NCBI GenBank assembly: GCA_964558625.1
Contig: CAZLEU010000002.1
Span: forward strand, 6,618-70,617
Length of the DNA stretch: 64,000 bases
Direction: 5' to 3'
Source: an uncultured Flavobacterium sp.
GTDB taxonomy: Bacteria > Bacteroidota > Bacteroidia > Flavobacteriales > Flavobacteriaceae
In this document: piece after piece, positions 27,603 to 38,100 of the stretch
Layout of the letters: each line of letters begins with the position of its first letter
Numbering within the stretch: the first letter of the stretch is position 1
The notes under the pieces: model-generated
Databases searched by the model: none
What the model was told of the DNA's origin: nothing
What the model saw: the letters and a program-made list of their open reading frames with translations, nothing else
Program-made: the position numbers and the translations under genes

Positions 27603-28337
27603 TTAGAATAATCCCATTATAATTGCTGCTGCGCTTACTGTTGTTGTAAACGGAATGATTGTAGAGATACGTTTATCAAATTCTTTATTCTTTTTAGAAG
27701 GAACAATAACAATATCGCCTGGATGTAATTGGATATTTTGGTTTAAAATATCGGTTGCAGTAGTTAAATCTATAGTTGTAACCCTAACATTGTTATCTTC
27801 TTGACGAAGTACCTTTATAGATTTTAGATTTGCATAAAAATCAAATCCTCCAGTTTTACTTATCATTTCAAGTAAATTATTATGGTCTTTATCAACCTGA
27901 ATTGTGTTTGGGTTTCTAACCTCACCAATAATGGTAATTTCTTTATTGAGCACTTTTACATCTACAACAGGATTTACCAAATATTGCTTTAATTCATTCT
28001 TAATTTCAGACTTTAGCTCAGGAATAGTTTTATTAACAACATTTTTTGTTCCTATTTTTGGCACCTCGACATTGCCATTGGCATCTACCAAAAGCCATTT
28101 TCCATAGACTTCGTTAGAATTATAAATTCCGTATACAGAACCAACACTTAGGTTATCTTCACCCCAAACAGATATAGAAATTTTGTCATCTTTTCTTATT
28201 TTGTACTGGTAATTTTGATTGTAAGAAAAGCTTGTAGTGTCGTTAGTTTCAGTTTTTGAAACCAATACGTTTTGTGTCTTACAAGAAGTGAGAAGCAAAA
28301 CGAATAATGATAATTTTATAAAGATTTTCATGTTCAT
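27603..28337 (-). CDS. Wza-like polysaccharide export lipoprotein
   Basis: LLTSC lipobox, YKIRKDDKISI, VDANGNVEVPKIG, GEVRNP, LHPGDIVIVP. Confidence 0.9.
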   Translation of the reverse strand: MNMKIFIKLSLFVLLLTSCKTQNVLVSKTETNDTTSFSYNQNYQYKIRKDDKISISVWGEDNLSVGSVYGIYNSNEVYGKWLLVDANGNVEVPKIGTKNVVNKTIPELKSEIKNELKQYLVNPVVDVKVLNKEITIIGEVRNPNTIQVDKDHNNLLEMISKTGGFDFYANLKSIKVLRQEDNNVRVTTIDLTTATDILNQNIQLHPGDIVIVPSKKNKEFDKRISTIIPFTTTVSAAAIIMGLF

Positions 28338-28383
28338 TGTTTACTATTATATTTATTTTTTGTGTCTTTTAGTCTTGATAATT

Positions 28384-28819
28384 TTATAAAAAGGATAATA
28401 GTCTTTGAATAAAATTTGGATTCGCTTTTTTTAATTGTTGTTTTACTTTACTAATGTTATTGATAATCTGTGTCAATTTCTCACAAACATTTCCATCTTT
28501 AATAACATAATCAAAAGCACCGTATTTTAGAGCATCAACTGCAGTTTTAATATTTTCTTGACCAGATATCATTACAATATATATATCTGGATTATAGCGC
28601 TTTATTTTTTTGAGGACCTCAAAACCAGTCATATCATCCATATTGTGGTCTAATAATATGATATCTGGATTTTGGTTTAAACAGTTTAAACAATCATTTC
28701 CGTTACTAAAGTATGAGACGTCATTATAATTGTTGTTTTTTAAATATTGTTCATACAAGTTTGCACAAAAAAATATCGTCGTCAACAATAAAAAATTTGA
28801 ATTGATTTTGATTTTCCAT
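28384..28819 (-). pseudogene. Single-domain response regulator with +1 frameshift in a 7-nt homopolymer
   Basis: ATG at 28819 gives MENQNQFKFFIVDDDIF and then shifts at the A7 run (28767-28773); the other frame continues CANLYEQYL...LLDHNM...ISG...YVIK. Confidence 0.8.
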
Positions 28820-28849
28820 TTGAATTACTATTAATTTCAAATAGACTTA

Positions 28850-28933
28850 ACCAAAGCTGAGCCAAAAACACAAGTTGTTAAATATCAGACTTTTGTGTTT
28901 TTGACATGGTCAATAATTTTCCAAAATTTGGAA
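28850..28933 (-). promoter_or_regulatory. Putative sigma54 promoter with upstream palindromic enhancer
   Basis: TGGCT (minus strand, 28860-28864) and TTCCAAAATTTGGAA (28919-28933), offset 59 bp. Confidence 0.65.
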
Positions 28934-28945
28934 TAGTTTTCCAGT

Positions 28946-31900
28946 CTAGTGGTTGATTTCGTTTTGTTGCAATTGAATTACAACTTTTTTAAGTGTAGTT
29001 TTGATAACCGAGAAAACAGATTCAATTTCTTGTTTGTTCGGTGATTCCTTTGTAATTTTCTCGAGATGTTTTACGTCGTTTAATATTGAGATTACCCCAA
29101 TGCCTTCAATACTGGGTTTTATTTTGTGGATTAATTGGCTAACTTCCATGAAGTTATCGGCTTCTATGGCATTTTGAATTTTTTCAATAGTAGTGTTGGT
29201 TTGATTTATAAAGATAACTATCATTTTTTCAACAAATTCTCTATTTCCTCTACTCAAATTATTTAATGAACTAAGATTATATAGTTTTTCAATTTTTTCA
29301 ATTTTTTCAACATTTGATAATTTATCCTCTTTTCTAATAGTGTGTTTTGCAATTGTTTCTATTAGATTTGTTTCATCAAAAGGTTTTGTAATATAGTCAT
29401 TCATTCCTGCTTTTTTGCATTTGTCAATTTCAGATTTAAATGCATTTGCGGTTAATGCAATAATGGGAATTGAAAGTTTAAACTCTGTTCTAATTATTTT
29501 TGTTGCTTCAATACCGTCCATTTCGGGCATTTGAATATCCATTAGAACAATATCAAAGTTTTCTTTTTTCAAAATTTCTAATGCCTCTACACCATTTTCA
29601 GCTTCGGTAACGTTACAATTATAATATTGTAAAGAATTTTGAGCAACCATTCTATTCATATCATTATCTTCTACTAGTAAAATGGAAATATTTTCTAGAG
29701 AAGTAGAACTTGTTTCTTGTTGATCCTTTTTTAGATTTGTTATATCTCCTTTTTTAAAATGAAGAAAAATATGAATAGTAGTGCCAACATTCTTTTCGCT
29801 TTCAATTTCAATTTTTCCTTTCATAAGTTGTACAAGTTCTTTGGTAATAGCCATTCCAAGACCAGTACCACCAAATTTTCTTGTCACTTCTTTGTCTTCT
29901 TGAGAGAATTTTCTAAAAATAGAAGATAGAAATTCTTTATCCATTCCTATTCCAGTATCTGAAATTGAGATAGAAATATCTTGTGAATAAGTGTAATCTT
30001 TAACTAGATTACAGCTAATGTTGATCTCACCTTTTTGAGTGAATTTGAGTGAATTTCCAACAAGATTAAATAAAATCTGCTCAATTCTTAACGCATCCCC
30101 TTTTAGAACACCAGCGATTAAAGAATTGCATTTCGAATTTAAACTTATACCTTTCTGTTGAGCCTTTGGATATAACACTGTTACAACATTAGCAATACTT
30201 TTTTCTAAAATAAAATCTTCACTTTCAAGTGACATTTCCCCAGCTTCAATTTTAGAAATATCCAAAATGTTATTAATAATCGCTAATAAATGTTTAGAAG
30301 CTATCGAACTATTTTCGATATATTTTTTTTGTAAATCTGTTAATTCTTGTTTGCTTAATTCTCTTAAAAAGCCAATTATTGCATTCAAAGGAGTTCTGAT
30401 TTCGTGACTCATATTAGCCAAAAATGCTTCTTTAGCTTTTGAAGCTTCTTCGGCTTTTAGTTTTTCATTTTCAAGATCGATTTCTAATTGTTTTTGTTCG
30501 GTAATATCAAGATGAATGCCTATAGAACCCAAAAGATTTCCTTTGTCATCAAAATTTGGAGCACCGCTTATTGCCCACCATCGTAATTCGCCACGTTTAT
30601 TTTTAATTGGAATTTGATAAATATCAGAGATCCCTTTTTCTCTTAAACTTTGCTTGTTCTTCATTATTTCAATGTTTTCACCAAAAACAAACATCTTGGA
30701 TGGATTTTTCCCAATTAACTCGTTCATTTCATACCCAGAAATTTCTAAAAAACTTTGGTTAACATACTTTATGATTTCATTATTATCAACTTCTATCAAT
30801 CCCAAATTCATATTGGCTATGATGTTTCTATACTTTTCTTCCTGATATTTAAGTTGATTTTCTGCATTTTTACGTTCAGAAATATCTTGAATAAATGAAC
30901 AAAAAAACAGTTCATCATTTTGTTTTATTGGTGTAATTGAAATTTCAACAGGAAATTCTATTCCTTTTTTGTTTATCGCAGGTAATTCTAATTGCTTGTT
31001 TAGAACTGGACCATCGCCAGTACTCAAATAGTGTTTCATCCCTTCATTATGGCCCAATCTGTGCTGATTAGGAATAATCGTTTCTGACAAAAGTTTTCCT
31101 ATAACTTCCTGACGCTTCCATCCAAAAATTTTTTCTGCCTGTGTGTTCCAAAAAGTTATTTTACCATTGCCATCAATATTTATTATTGCATTTAATGCAG
31201 AGTTCATTATCAATCTATTACGTTCTTCACTCTGCTCCAACAATGTCTTAGATTGTATGCGTTGTGTAACATCTGTATATTTCCATAAATGCCCTTTGTA
31301 TTCATTATTTATGTATATTGGAATATAATCTCTTTCAAGAAAATGATCATTGGCTGTTTCAAGAAGTTCATTTGTATGAATTTTTTTATTTTTTAAAATT
31401 TCATCAATTCTTGGGCTAAAATCCTCAGGTTTTTTAAACATCAATTTTGATTGCTCAGCCGAGTTGGTACAATCAACACCAATCATTATCTCGGGTGCAA
31501 CAGGAATAGAAAACATATCGCAAAACAACTGATTTGTAAATAGAATTTTCCTATTTTCATCTTCAACAAGTATTCCAGATTGAAGGTTTGCTAGTAATGT
31601 TTTTAATAATTCAACAGTTGTAGAAAGATTGTGTTCAATTTCCTTTCTTTTTTCAATTTGTTTGCTTAAGTATTTGGAAATATACAATAAATCATCGACG
31701 TCATCATCGCTTTTTATTTCATCAAATCCTCCTTCAAGTACCTCAAGACTATCATATAAATTAGAAATTGATTGTTTTTTCAGGTCAAATTCTTTCTTTA
31801 AACTATTATTTATTTCATTATATTCTTTTTCACTTTCCTTAAAGGCATGGTCCATCAACTCTTTATCTCTTTCGTAAGACTGATAAGAATAATTTACAGC

Positions 31901-31990
31901 TTGAATAAACTCTTTAAACAAAGGGTTTTCTGTACAATCTGGAGTCAAATATTTATTGATTTGTCTTTGTAAAAGTTTATGATAGCTCAT
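28946..31990 (-). CDS. Cytoplasmic multi-PAS hybrid histidine kinase (PAS x3, HisKA, HATPase, REC, Hpt)
   Basis: FLANMSHEIRTPLN, NLVGNSLKFT, DTGIGM, GGTGLG, LMDIQMPEMDG, HKIKPS; no TM segment. Confidence 0.93.
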   Translation of the reverse strand: MSYHKLLQRQINKYLTPDCTENPLFKEFIQAVNYSYQSYERDKELMDHAFKESEKEYNEINNSLKKEFDLKKQSISNLYDSLEVLEGGFDEIKSDDDVDDLLYISKYLSKQIEKRKEIEHNLSTTVELLKTLLANLQSGILVEDENRKILFTNQLFCDMFSIPVAPEIMIGVDCTNSAEQSKLMFKKPEDFSPRIDEILKNKKIHTNELLETANDHFLERDYIPIYINNEYKGHLWKYTDVTQRIQSKTLLEQSEERNRLIMNSALNAIINIDGNGKITFWNTQAEKIFGWKRQEVIGKLLSETIIPNQHRLGHNEGMKHYLSTGDGPVLNKQLELPAINKKGIEFPVEISITPIKQNDELFFCSFIQDISERKNAENQLKYQEEKYRNIIANMNLGLIEVDNNEIIKYVNQSFLEISGYEMNELIGKNPSKMFVFGENIEIMKNKQSLREKGISDIYQIPIKNKRGELRWWAISGAPNFDDKGNLLGSIGIHLDITEQKQLEIDLENEKLKAEEASKAKEAFLANMSHEIRTPLNAIIGFLRELSKQELTDLQKKYIENSSIASKHLLAIINNILDISKIEAGEMSLESEDFILEKSIANVVTVLYPKAQQKGISLNSKCNSLIAGVLKGDALRIEQILFNLVGNSLKFTQKGEINISCNLVKDYTYSQDISISISDTGIGMDKEFLSSIFRKFSQEDKEVTRKFGGTGLGMAITKELVQLMKGKIEIESEKNVGTTIHIFLHFKKGDITNLKKDQQETSSTSLENISILLVEDNDMNRMVAQNSLQYYNCNVTEAENGVEALEILKKENFDIVLMDIQMPEMDGIEATKIIRTEFKLSIPIIALTANAFKSEIDKCKKAGMNDYITKPFDETNLIETIAKHTIRKEDKLSNVEKIEKIEKLYNLSSLNNLSRGNREFVEKMIVIFINQTNTTIEKIQNAIEADNFMEVSQLIHKIKPSIEGIGVISILNDVKHLEKITKESPNKQEIESVFSVIKTTLKKVVIQLQQNEINH

Positions 31991-31992
31991 AA

Positions 31993-33135
31993 TTAATCTA
32001 ATTCATTAATACAAGTAATGGTCATTGTTTGGTTATGTAATTCACAATTAGCCATAGGTTTTAAGGGTGAAATTTCTCCATACGAATAAAATCCAGTGAG
32101 TAATGTTTTGTTGCTAAAAACTTCTGAAACTGCATCTACTTCTTCATCAATTCTATTGCTTAAAATTATTTTTCTTCCAACACAACTTATCAAAATAGCC
32201 AACTTTGTATTGGAATTATCCATTTCTAAACAAATGTTTGCCGCATCACTTGCCGCATCAATTAGCCTGTCGAAGTTAGCTTTCATAAATCGTACTTTAC
32301 TTTCCTTTGGGATATCGCCTGCAAAAGTCATCGATTGGTTTTTATCGTCAATAGAAAGTATTGTTCTTACAATGGGTTCTTGGTCTTGATATAATTTTAT
32401 AGATAACGGAAATAGTAGTGCCGATCCAGGAAGTTCTTCGGCATATTTTCCTAAGTAGTTTTTATATAAATCTAAAGCATTTTTACCGTCTATTTCATAA
32501 AGAACATTGTCTTTTGATTTAGTAACCGTTCGTTCTAGTCCAAAACTTTCCCATCCACCAATGGAGCCATGAGATAATACTAGTTTATCACCATAAAATC
32601 CAATTGCAATAATTTTTCCTGTCTCTGGTAATTTGTTTAATCCAACGAATGTTTTTTCAAATTGGGTTCCGTCACCAGCTAATCCTCCTGTAATAAGAGT
32701 TCCACTGTGTTTAGCAGCATTCATTCCTTTTACAAGTTCACTGCCATTTACTTTTCCACCATCTGAAAGTACAAATATCATTTTTAAGTTTTCGGGTGGT
32801 AGATTTTCGACTAATGAAACTCCAGCATCATAACTCGAATTAAAGGCGTCAATATTTACTTCTGATATGTTAATTGTTGAAGATGAAAATGCAATGGCAA
32901 CGAGCGAAATAGTATCATCTAAAACTTCGACGCCAAAAATTTCTCCGGCCGAAGAGCATAATGCAATTTGAGCGTTTGGAAATTTATTTTTTATATCTTC
33001 AAAAGATTTTGATTGCGAAACTAATTTACTTGAGCCAAAGCCAAGAACTAATTGCGCTTTTGTGAAATCTAAATTATCTTCGTTTTTTCCTATTCTGAAA
33101 TCATTGTTTTTATATAAAATCGAGGCTACTTTCAT
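31993..33135 (-). CDS. FIST-domain signal transduction protein
   Basis: CSSAGEI, LSDG, GGLAGDG, LYEIDGKNAL, ISCVGRK, GFYSYGEI, LHNQT. Confidence 0.92.
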   Translation of the reverse strand: MKVASILYKNNDFRIGKNEDNLDFTKAQLVLGFGSSKLVSQSKSFEDIKNKFPNAQIALCSSAGEIFGVEVLDDTISLVAIAFSSSTINISEVNIDAFNSSYDAGVSLVENLPPENLKMIFVLSDGGKVNGSELVKGMNAAKHSGTLITGGLAGDGTQFEKTFVGLNKLPETGKIIAIGFYGDKLVLSHGSIGGWESFGLERTVTKSKDNVLYEIDGKNALDLYKNYLGKYAEELPGSALLFPLSIKLYQDQEPIVRTILSIDDKNQSMTFAGDIPKESKVRFMKANFDRLIDAASDAANICLEMDNSNTKLAILISCVGRKIILSNRIDEEVDAVSEVFSNKTLLTGFYSYGEISPLKPMANCELHNQTMTITCINELD

Positions 33136-33141
33136 ATAATG

Positions 33142-34491
33142 TTAATTTTTAGATTCTAATGATTGAATTAGATTGTAAATGGTTGATTTCCCAATGTCGA
33201 GTTTTGCAGCTGTTTTTAGAACATCATTATTGTTTTTCTTAAGATAATGTAGAATGATTTCTGAAGTATACTCTTTTAAAGTTTTCTCTTCGGAAAGAAA
33301 AAAACTGGTATCATTAACACTTGTAAAAGTCAAATCTTCTGCTTGAATTTCTTTTCCGTCGCTCATTACACATGCTAAGTCAACAATCGATTTCAGTTCG
33401 CGAATATTTCCAGGAAAAGAATATTTAGATAATTTATCTTTTGCTTCTTTGGATAATGAAATAGTTTTCATCTTATTTTCTTTAGTAAACATATCGATAA
33501 AATATTTTGCCAGTAATAATTTGTCATTTCCTCTATCTCTTAATGGAGGTAGTTCAATAGGTAAACCGATGATTCTATAGTACAAATCTTCTCTAAAGTT
33601 GCCTTTTTTAACTTCTTGTGCTAGATCTTTATGGGTTGCAATTATCAACCTTGCATTAAACTTAATGCCTTCTTTTCCGCCAAGTCTTATAACTTCTCTT
33701 TCTTGCAAAACACGAAGTAATTTACTTTGTAGGTTTAGGTCAAGTTCTGCAATTTCATCAAGAAAAATGGTGCCTCCATCTGCTTGTTCAAATTTTCCAA
33801 TTCTTCTATTTTCGGCACCAGTAAAAGCTCCTTTTTCATGACCGAAGAATTCACTTTCTATTAACTCTTTTGGGATTGCCGCCATATTTACAGCTATAAA
33901 AGGTTTGTTTTTTTTATCCGAGTTATAATGAATAGCTTTTGCAACAACTTCTTTTCCTGTTCCTGTTTCACCAGTAATAGAAACATTTATATTGGTGTTT
34001 ATAGCCTTGTTTATTTTATTAAAAACACTTTTTATAGCTTCACTTTGGCCAATAATTGTTTTTTCAAAACTAAATTTTTGTTCCAGTTGTTCTTTTAGTT
34101 CTTCAACTTCATTAACGAGATTAATTTTTTCTCTAATTTTGATGATTGAGTTCCACAGGATATCTTTAGTATGATTATTTTTAACAATATAATCCCTTGC
34201 CCCAGATTTCAAAAAGTTCACAGCAACCTCAATATCTTCCTGACCACTGATAATAATAATTGGAATAGCATTATTAAACGCTTGAATTTTTTTCAAAAGA
34301 GTATCTCCAGAAATATCAGGTAAGCCAAAGTCAAGGCAAATTATATCAGGATTTTTATGCAGATTCTCAATACACTCTTTTCCAGATGCAAAAAGATAGA
34401 CATCATAATCGGGATTTAATCGCAAATGATATCGTAATGTTTCACCAAAAAAAGGATCGTCTTCTATTATAAAGATTTTTAGCGTTTTCAT
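33142..34491 (-). CDS. Sigma54-dependent response regulator (NtrC family)
   Basis: REC (IEDD, CLDFGLPD), GETGTGKE, GAFTGA, FLDEI, FREDLYYR, PGNIREL, Fis-type HTH. Confidence 0.95.
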   Translation of the reverse strand: MKTLKIFIIEDDPFFGETLRYHLRLNPDYDVYLFASGKECIENLHKNPDIICLDFGLPDISGDTLLKKIQAFNNAIPIIIISGQEDIEVAVNFLKSGARDYIVKNNHTKDILWNSIIKIREKINLVNEVEELKEQLEQKFSFEKTIIGQSEAIKSVFNKINKAINTNINVSITGETGTGKEVVAKAIHYNSDKKNKPFIAVNMAAIPKELIESEFFGHEKGAFTGAENRRIGKFEQADGGTIFLDEIAELDLNLQSKLLRVLQEREVIRLGGKEGIKFNARLIIATHKDLAQEVKKGNFREDLYYRIIGLPIELPPLRDRGNDKLLLAKYFIDMFTKENKMKTISLSKEAKDKLSKYSFPGNIRELKSIVDLACVMSDGKEIQAEDLTFTSVNDTSFFLSEEKTLKEYTSEIILHYLKKNNNDVLKTAAKLDIGKSTIYNLIQSLESKN

Positions 34492-34568
34492 TTAAATGAA
34501 TTTTGACAACTAAAATAATATTTTATTTAATATATACTGTTTTTCCTTAGCATTTTTTAATCATTAAC

Positions 34569-34860
34569 GATAATGTATAAATATATTATTTTTATAAAAA
34601 AAAATCAAGGTATTGATTTTAAGTGTAAGAAAATAAATAATTTTAATAAAACAGGTTGCCATCTGGTCGCTTTCTTTTTTTACACTTAAAACTAATAAAA
34701 TGTAAGAAAAACGACTTCATGTAATAAATGTGTTGGTGGCAAGCATTTATTTTAAATGTCAAGTTATTATCTTCTGTTTTGATGTCTAAAAAGAGAATTA
34801 AAATCACTAAATAACAAAAAATCAAATGTTTTAGGTCCGATAGTGAGTTTATTGGGGAGT
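34569..34860 (+). repeat. Degenerate composite repeat (IS1 left end, hairpin, transposase start, tRNA-like right end)
   Basis: CCATCTGGTCGCTTTC...CACTTAAAACTAATAAAATG...TGTGTTGGTGG aligns to 5112-5197; TAACAAAAAATCA...GGTCCGATAGTGAGT...GGGGAGT aligns to 11344-11393. Confidence 0.7.
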
Positions 34861-35033
34861 TGAGAGACTACCTTTGAGTTGACAAAGTTTTTAATCCTAA
34901 ATGCTGTAATACTTAATATGCTTTTGAAGTTAATTAAACCTAAAGTAAAGGCTAACAGAAGAAAATTCCAACATAAGAATCTATGTTAAATTTACCAACA
35001 TAAAGTTAGAGGCATTGGTGAACCTTATTAAAA

Positions 35034-35098
35034 TAGGTAGCTACTTTTATTATTTTTCTAACAAACGTACATTAGAAAGAAACAATAGCAGCTACCTA
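35034..35098. terminator. Inverted repeat downstream of the TcA-like gene
   Basis: TAGGTAGCTACT...AGCAGCTACCTA, 25 nt after the stop codon. Confidence 0.4.
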
Positions 35099-35123
35099 GA
35101 TTAAAGGAAGTGATTAGTAGTAT

Positions 35124-38100
35124 TTACAGTTTATATTTCACAATTAATAGCAACTCTTCTAGTTTCACTTTATCAGCATTTGAAACTGATATAGAGAATA
35201 AAGTATTCAAGTCAATATTCGAATTAATTCCTTTACACATCTCTATATCATCTATGCGTGCAAGATTTGTAGCAGCACCATCCACGTTAATTGTAAATGC
35301 AGCTGGATTATCTTTTATTTTTGCTAGAAATATGACGCTTTCAACTTCTGTTGTATCAAAAGGTTTTGCCATGTAAGGCATTCTCGACTTGTCAATGGTT
35401 AAATCAATAGTTCCATTCTTTTTAAATAATAACCATTCGTTTGGCAAATCGTGTTTCATATTGAGAGCTATGTGCAGTCCAGTTTGACTTAAACTTTGCT
35501 TGATTGTTTCAAGTTGATCTTTAATGACAATATTAGATGCCATTTTTAATCCAGAACCTCCTTCTCTTGCGGTATACTTTATGTGCATGATGACATCTGA
35601 AATAGTGTTATAATCAAACTGTTTCACCTCGGTTGGGAGTTCTAATCTCCAACTACTTATTGCCCCAGTATTTTCAAAAGGCAAATAACGTTCGTCTCTA
35701 AAGTTTAGTTCAAAAGTGCCACTGTCGTTTTGAGCGTTACTGGTTGCAATAGATTGGATAGCTCCAACATTGTAAACAAAGCGTTCATCGTTGGCAAAAT
35801 CTTCTGCATAACCAGTTGTTGCTGCATTATCTGGGTTGGTGTTTTTTCTATACCTGTTATTTACCAATGATAATTTGGCACTTACAGATGTATAAGGACC
35901 AGCAATACATGGAAGGCTGATACTAACAGATTTTAATCTTCTGAAATACTGACCTGGGTGATCCATATCATACAATACCTCTGGAATTTCAAAATCACAA
36001 ACTCCTGTTGAACGTAGTCTGACCAATGCTAAAGGATCAAGTTGAGCTAAAGAAACATGCTTGGTGATTTCGTACTCTCGTTTATTTTTATCTAAGTAAC
36101 CTGTCTCCATTCGTTTAATATCATGAATCAAGTGATCGGCACTTTGCAACCCTTTTTTCATACTATCCCAATAACCATACGAGATATAGGAATCATCATT
36201 ACCTAATTCAAAACGATAACAACGTTCTGCTTTTTTGGCAAAGTCGTGAGCTAATTGATAAGATTTAAAATACACAGCACTTATTTGTCCAAGCATCCAA
36301 TCATATAATTCTTTGTTGGTAAATTTTGAACGCATAAAATCATCTGTTTTTCTAGCATTATCAATTTGGAGTTCATGATTTTTCAAATCTGTTTCAGCAA
36401 TTTCTTTACGAATTTCAGCAGCAGTAATTTGTTTTTCAATAGAGACTAACTCATTTGTAGCTAAACGTTCTTGGAGTTTCCAGTCGTCAAATCTTCGTTG
36501 ATAATTTGCTACAGTAGAAATTCCACCAGCTATCTTATCAACAACCTGTGAACCAAGTAGCAAAGCTTTTGCAAAAGAACTAATTGAAGATGATATTTTT
36601 TCACCACCTGTTACTTTTGCTACAGCATGAGGTGATCCCCCAAACCCAGATGCTCCAACACTTACTTCGGGAATATGAACTGCCGCTCCTGCAGCCATTT
36701 CCATAATTGAACCTACAGTAAATGCAATAGTTGATATTCCATTCATTGTGAGAGAAGTAGTTTCAAGAGCATTCATAAACTCAATGTTTTTGTAATATTT
36801 TTGTCTCTCTTCTGTTACTTTCTTAGTTTTTTTCAAAACTTCAATTTGTTCTTTTGATTCGTTTATTTGAAGCTTTTTTATATCCTTAACGGCATTAAGC
36901 ACTTTCAACTCAAGTTCACTTCTTAACAGTGTCAAAGCCTCTGAATCTCTTTTTTCTAATGCCTGAAGTAATGAGTTTCCTAAGCCTCTAACTTCTTGAG
37001 CAATTTCATTTGCCTTTTGTGATAAAATAGTAAAACGATAATAAGGAGTTGGTGCATTTAACCCAGCAAGTACAGATGATAAATCCAATCCAGAAGCAGC
37101 AGCACGAACTAGCATACCAGGATCTATCGGCGGGGCAAACAAGGCTAAACTTCTTTCTATTCCATCAATGTTTTGGCAATGTCTTATTTTGAAAAGCCTA
37201 TCGGCTATTTTATCCCAATAGTCAAACATTTTATCATTAGAAGGAATACAGAAGTATAACATGGATAGCGTTACTGGAGAAGCAGGCAATTCATTTCCTC
37301 CTTCTGGTAAAACAGAAAGATCAGGAAGAATATTTTCTAATTCTATCAATGCATTGCCGAAAGTATCGAGTTTAGCTTCAATCTGGTTATAGGTTTCATA
37401 TGGTTTTTTGATTGCAGTGGGAATTTTTCTTGGTTTTGGTCCTAATAATTTATCTGCCAATATATACATCTGTGTCGCTTGGGCAACAGATTCCATAGTG
37501 TCTTGTCTGAATAAATAATCTCCCCACTCAGTTAAATTATCGATGTATTTCATCAACAAGGCTTTTTGATATGCTACAGGTCGAAAACGAGCAACTACAT
37601 CTGGTCGGAATGGTTTGTTTCTCCATTCTTCAACTGCAAATTCCAATTCTTTAATATCGGGATTTGATAAGTTAGCTGTTGCATACATTAATGAATCAAT
37701 TCGCTGACTTATATAATTCGTTTCCTGATTTAAATAGAATGGTTTGGTTACCCAATATTTTTGTACTCCATTTCCTGGTAAAGCACCAGTTGGATTAAAC
37801 ATATAATGAAACCATGTTAACGCTTCTTCAAATCGTTGATTTTTAGTAAGGCTACCTGCAATATGCAATGGAACTCTAAAGAATAAGTCCCAGTTATATG
37901 CACTGTAACTTCCATCACTTTCAAAATCTATATCTTCAATCGGATAACTTAATGTTTTTGTACCATCGGGATTTTTAAAGTAAGTTTGCGCAACAATTTC
38001 GGGATTTGGTTTGTAATGAGACTTAAAGTTGAAATTCGTTTTTTGCATTTGTGTATCTCGTTTCATTAGAGCAGACACACCATCTTTGTTAAGAGTGTTT

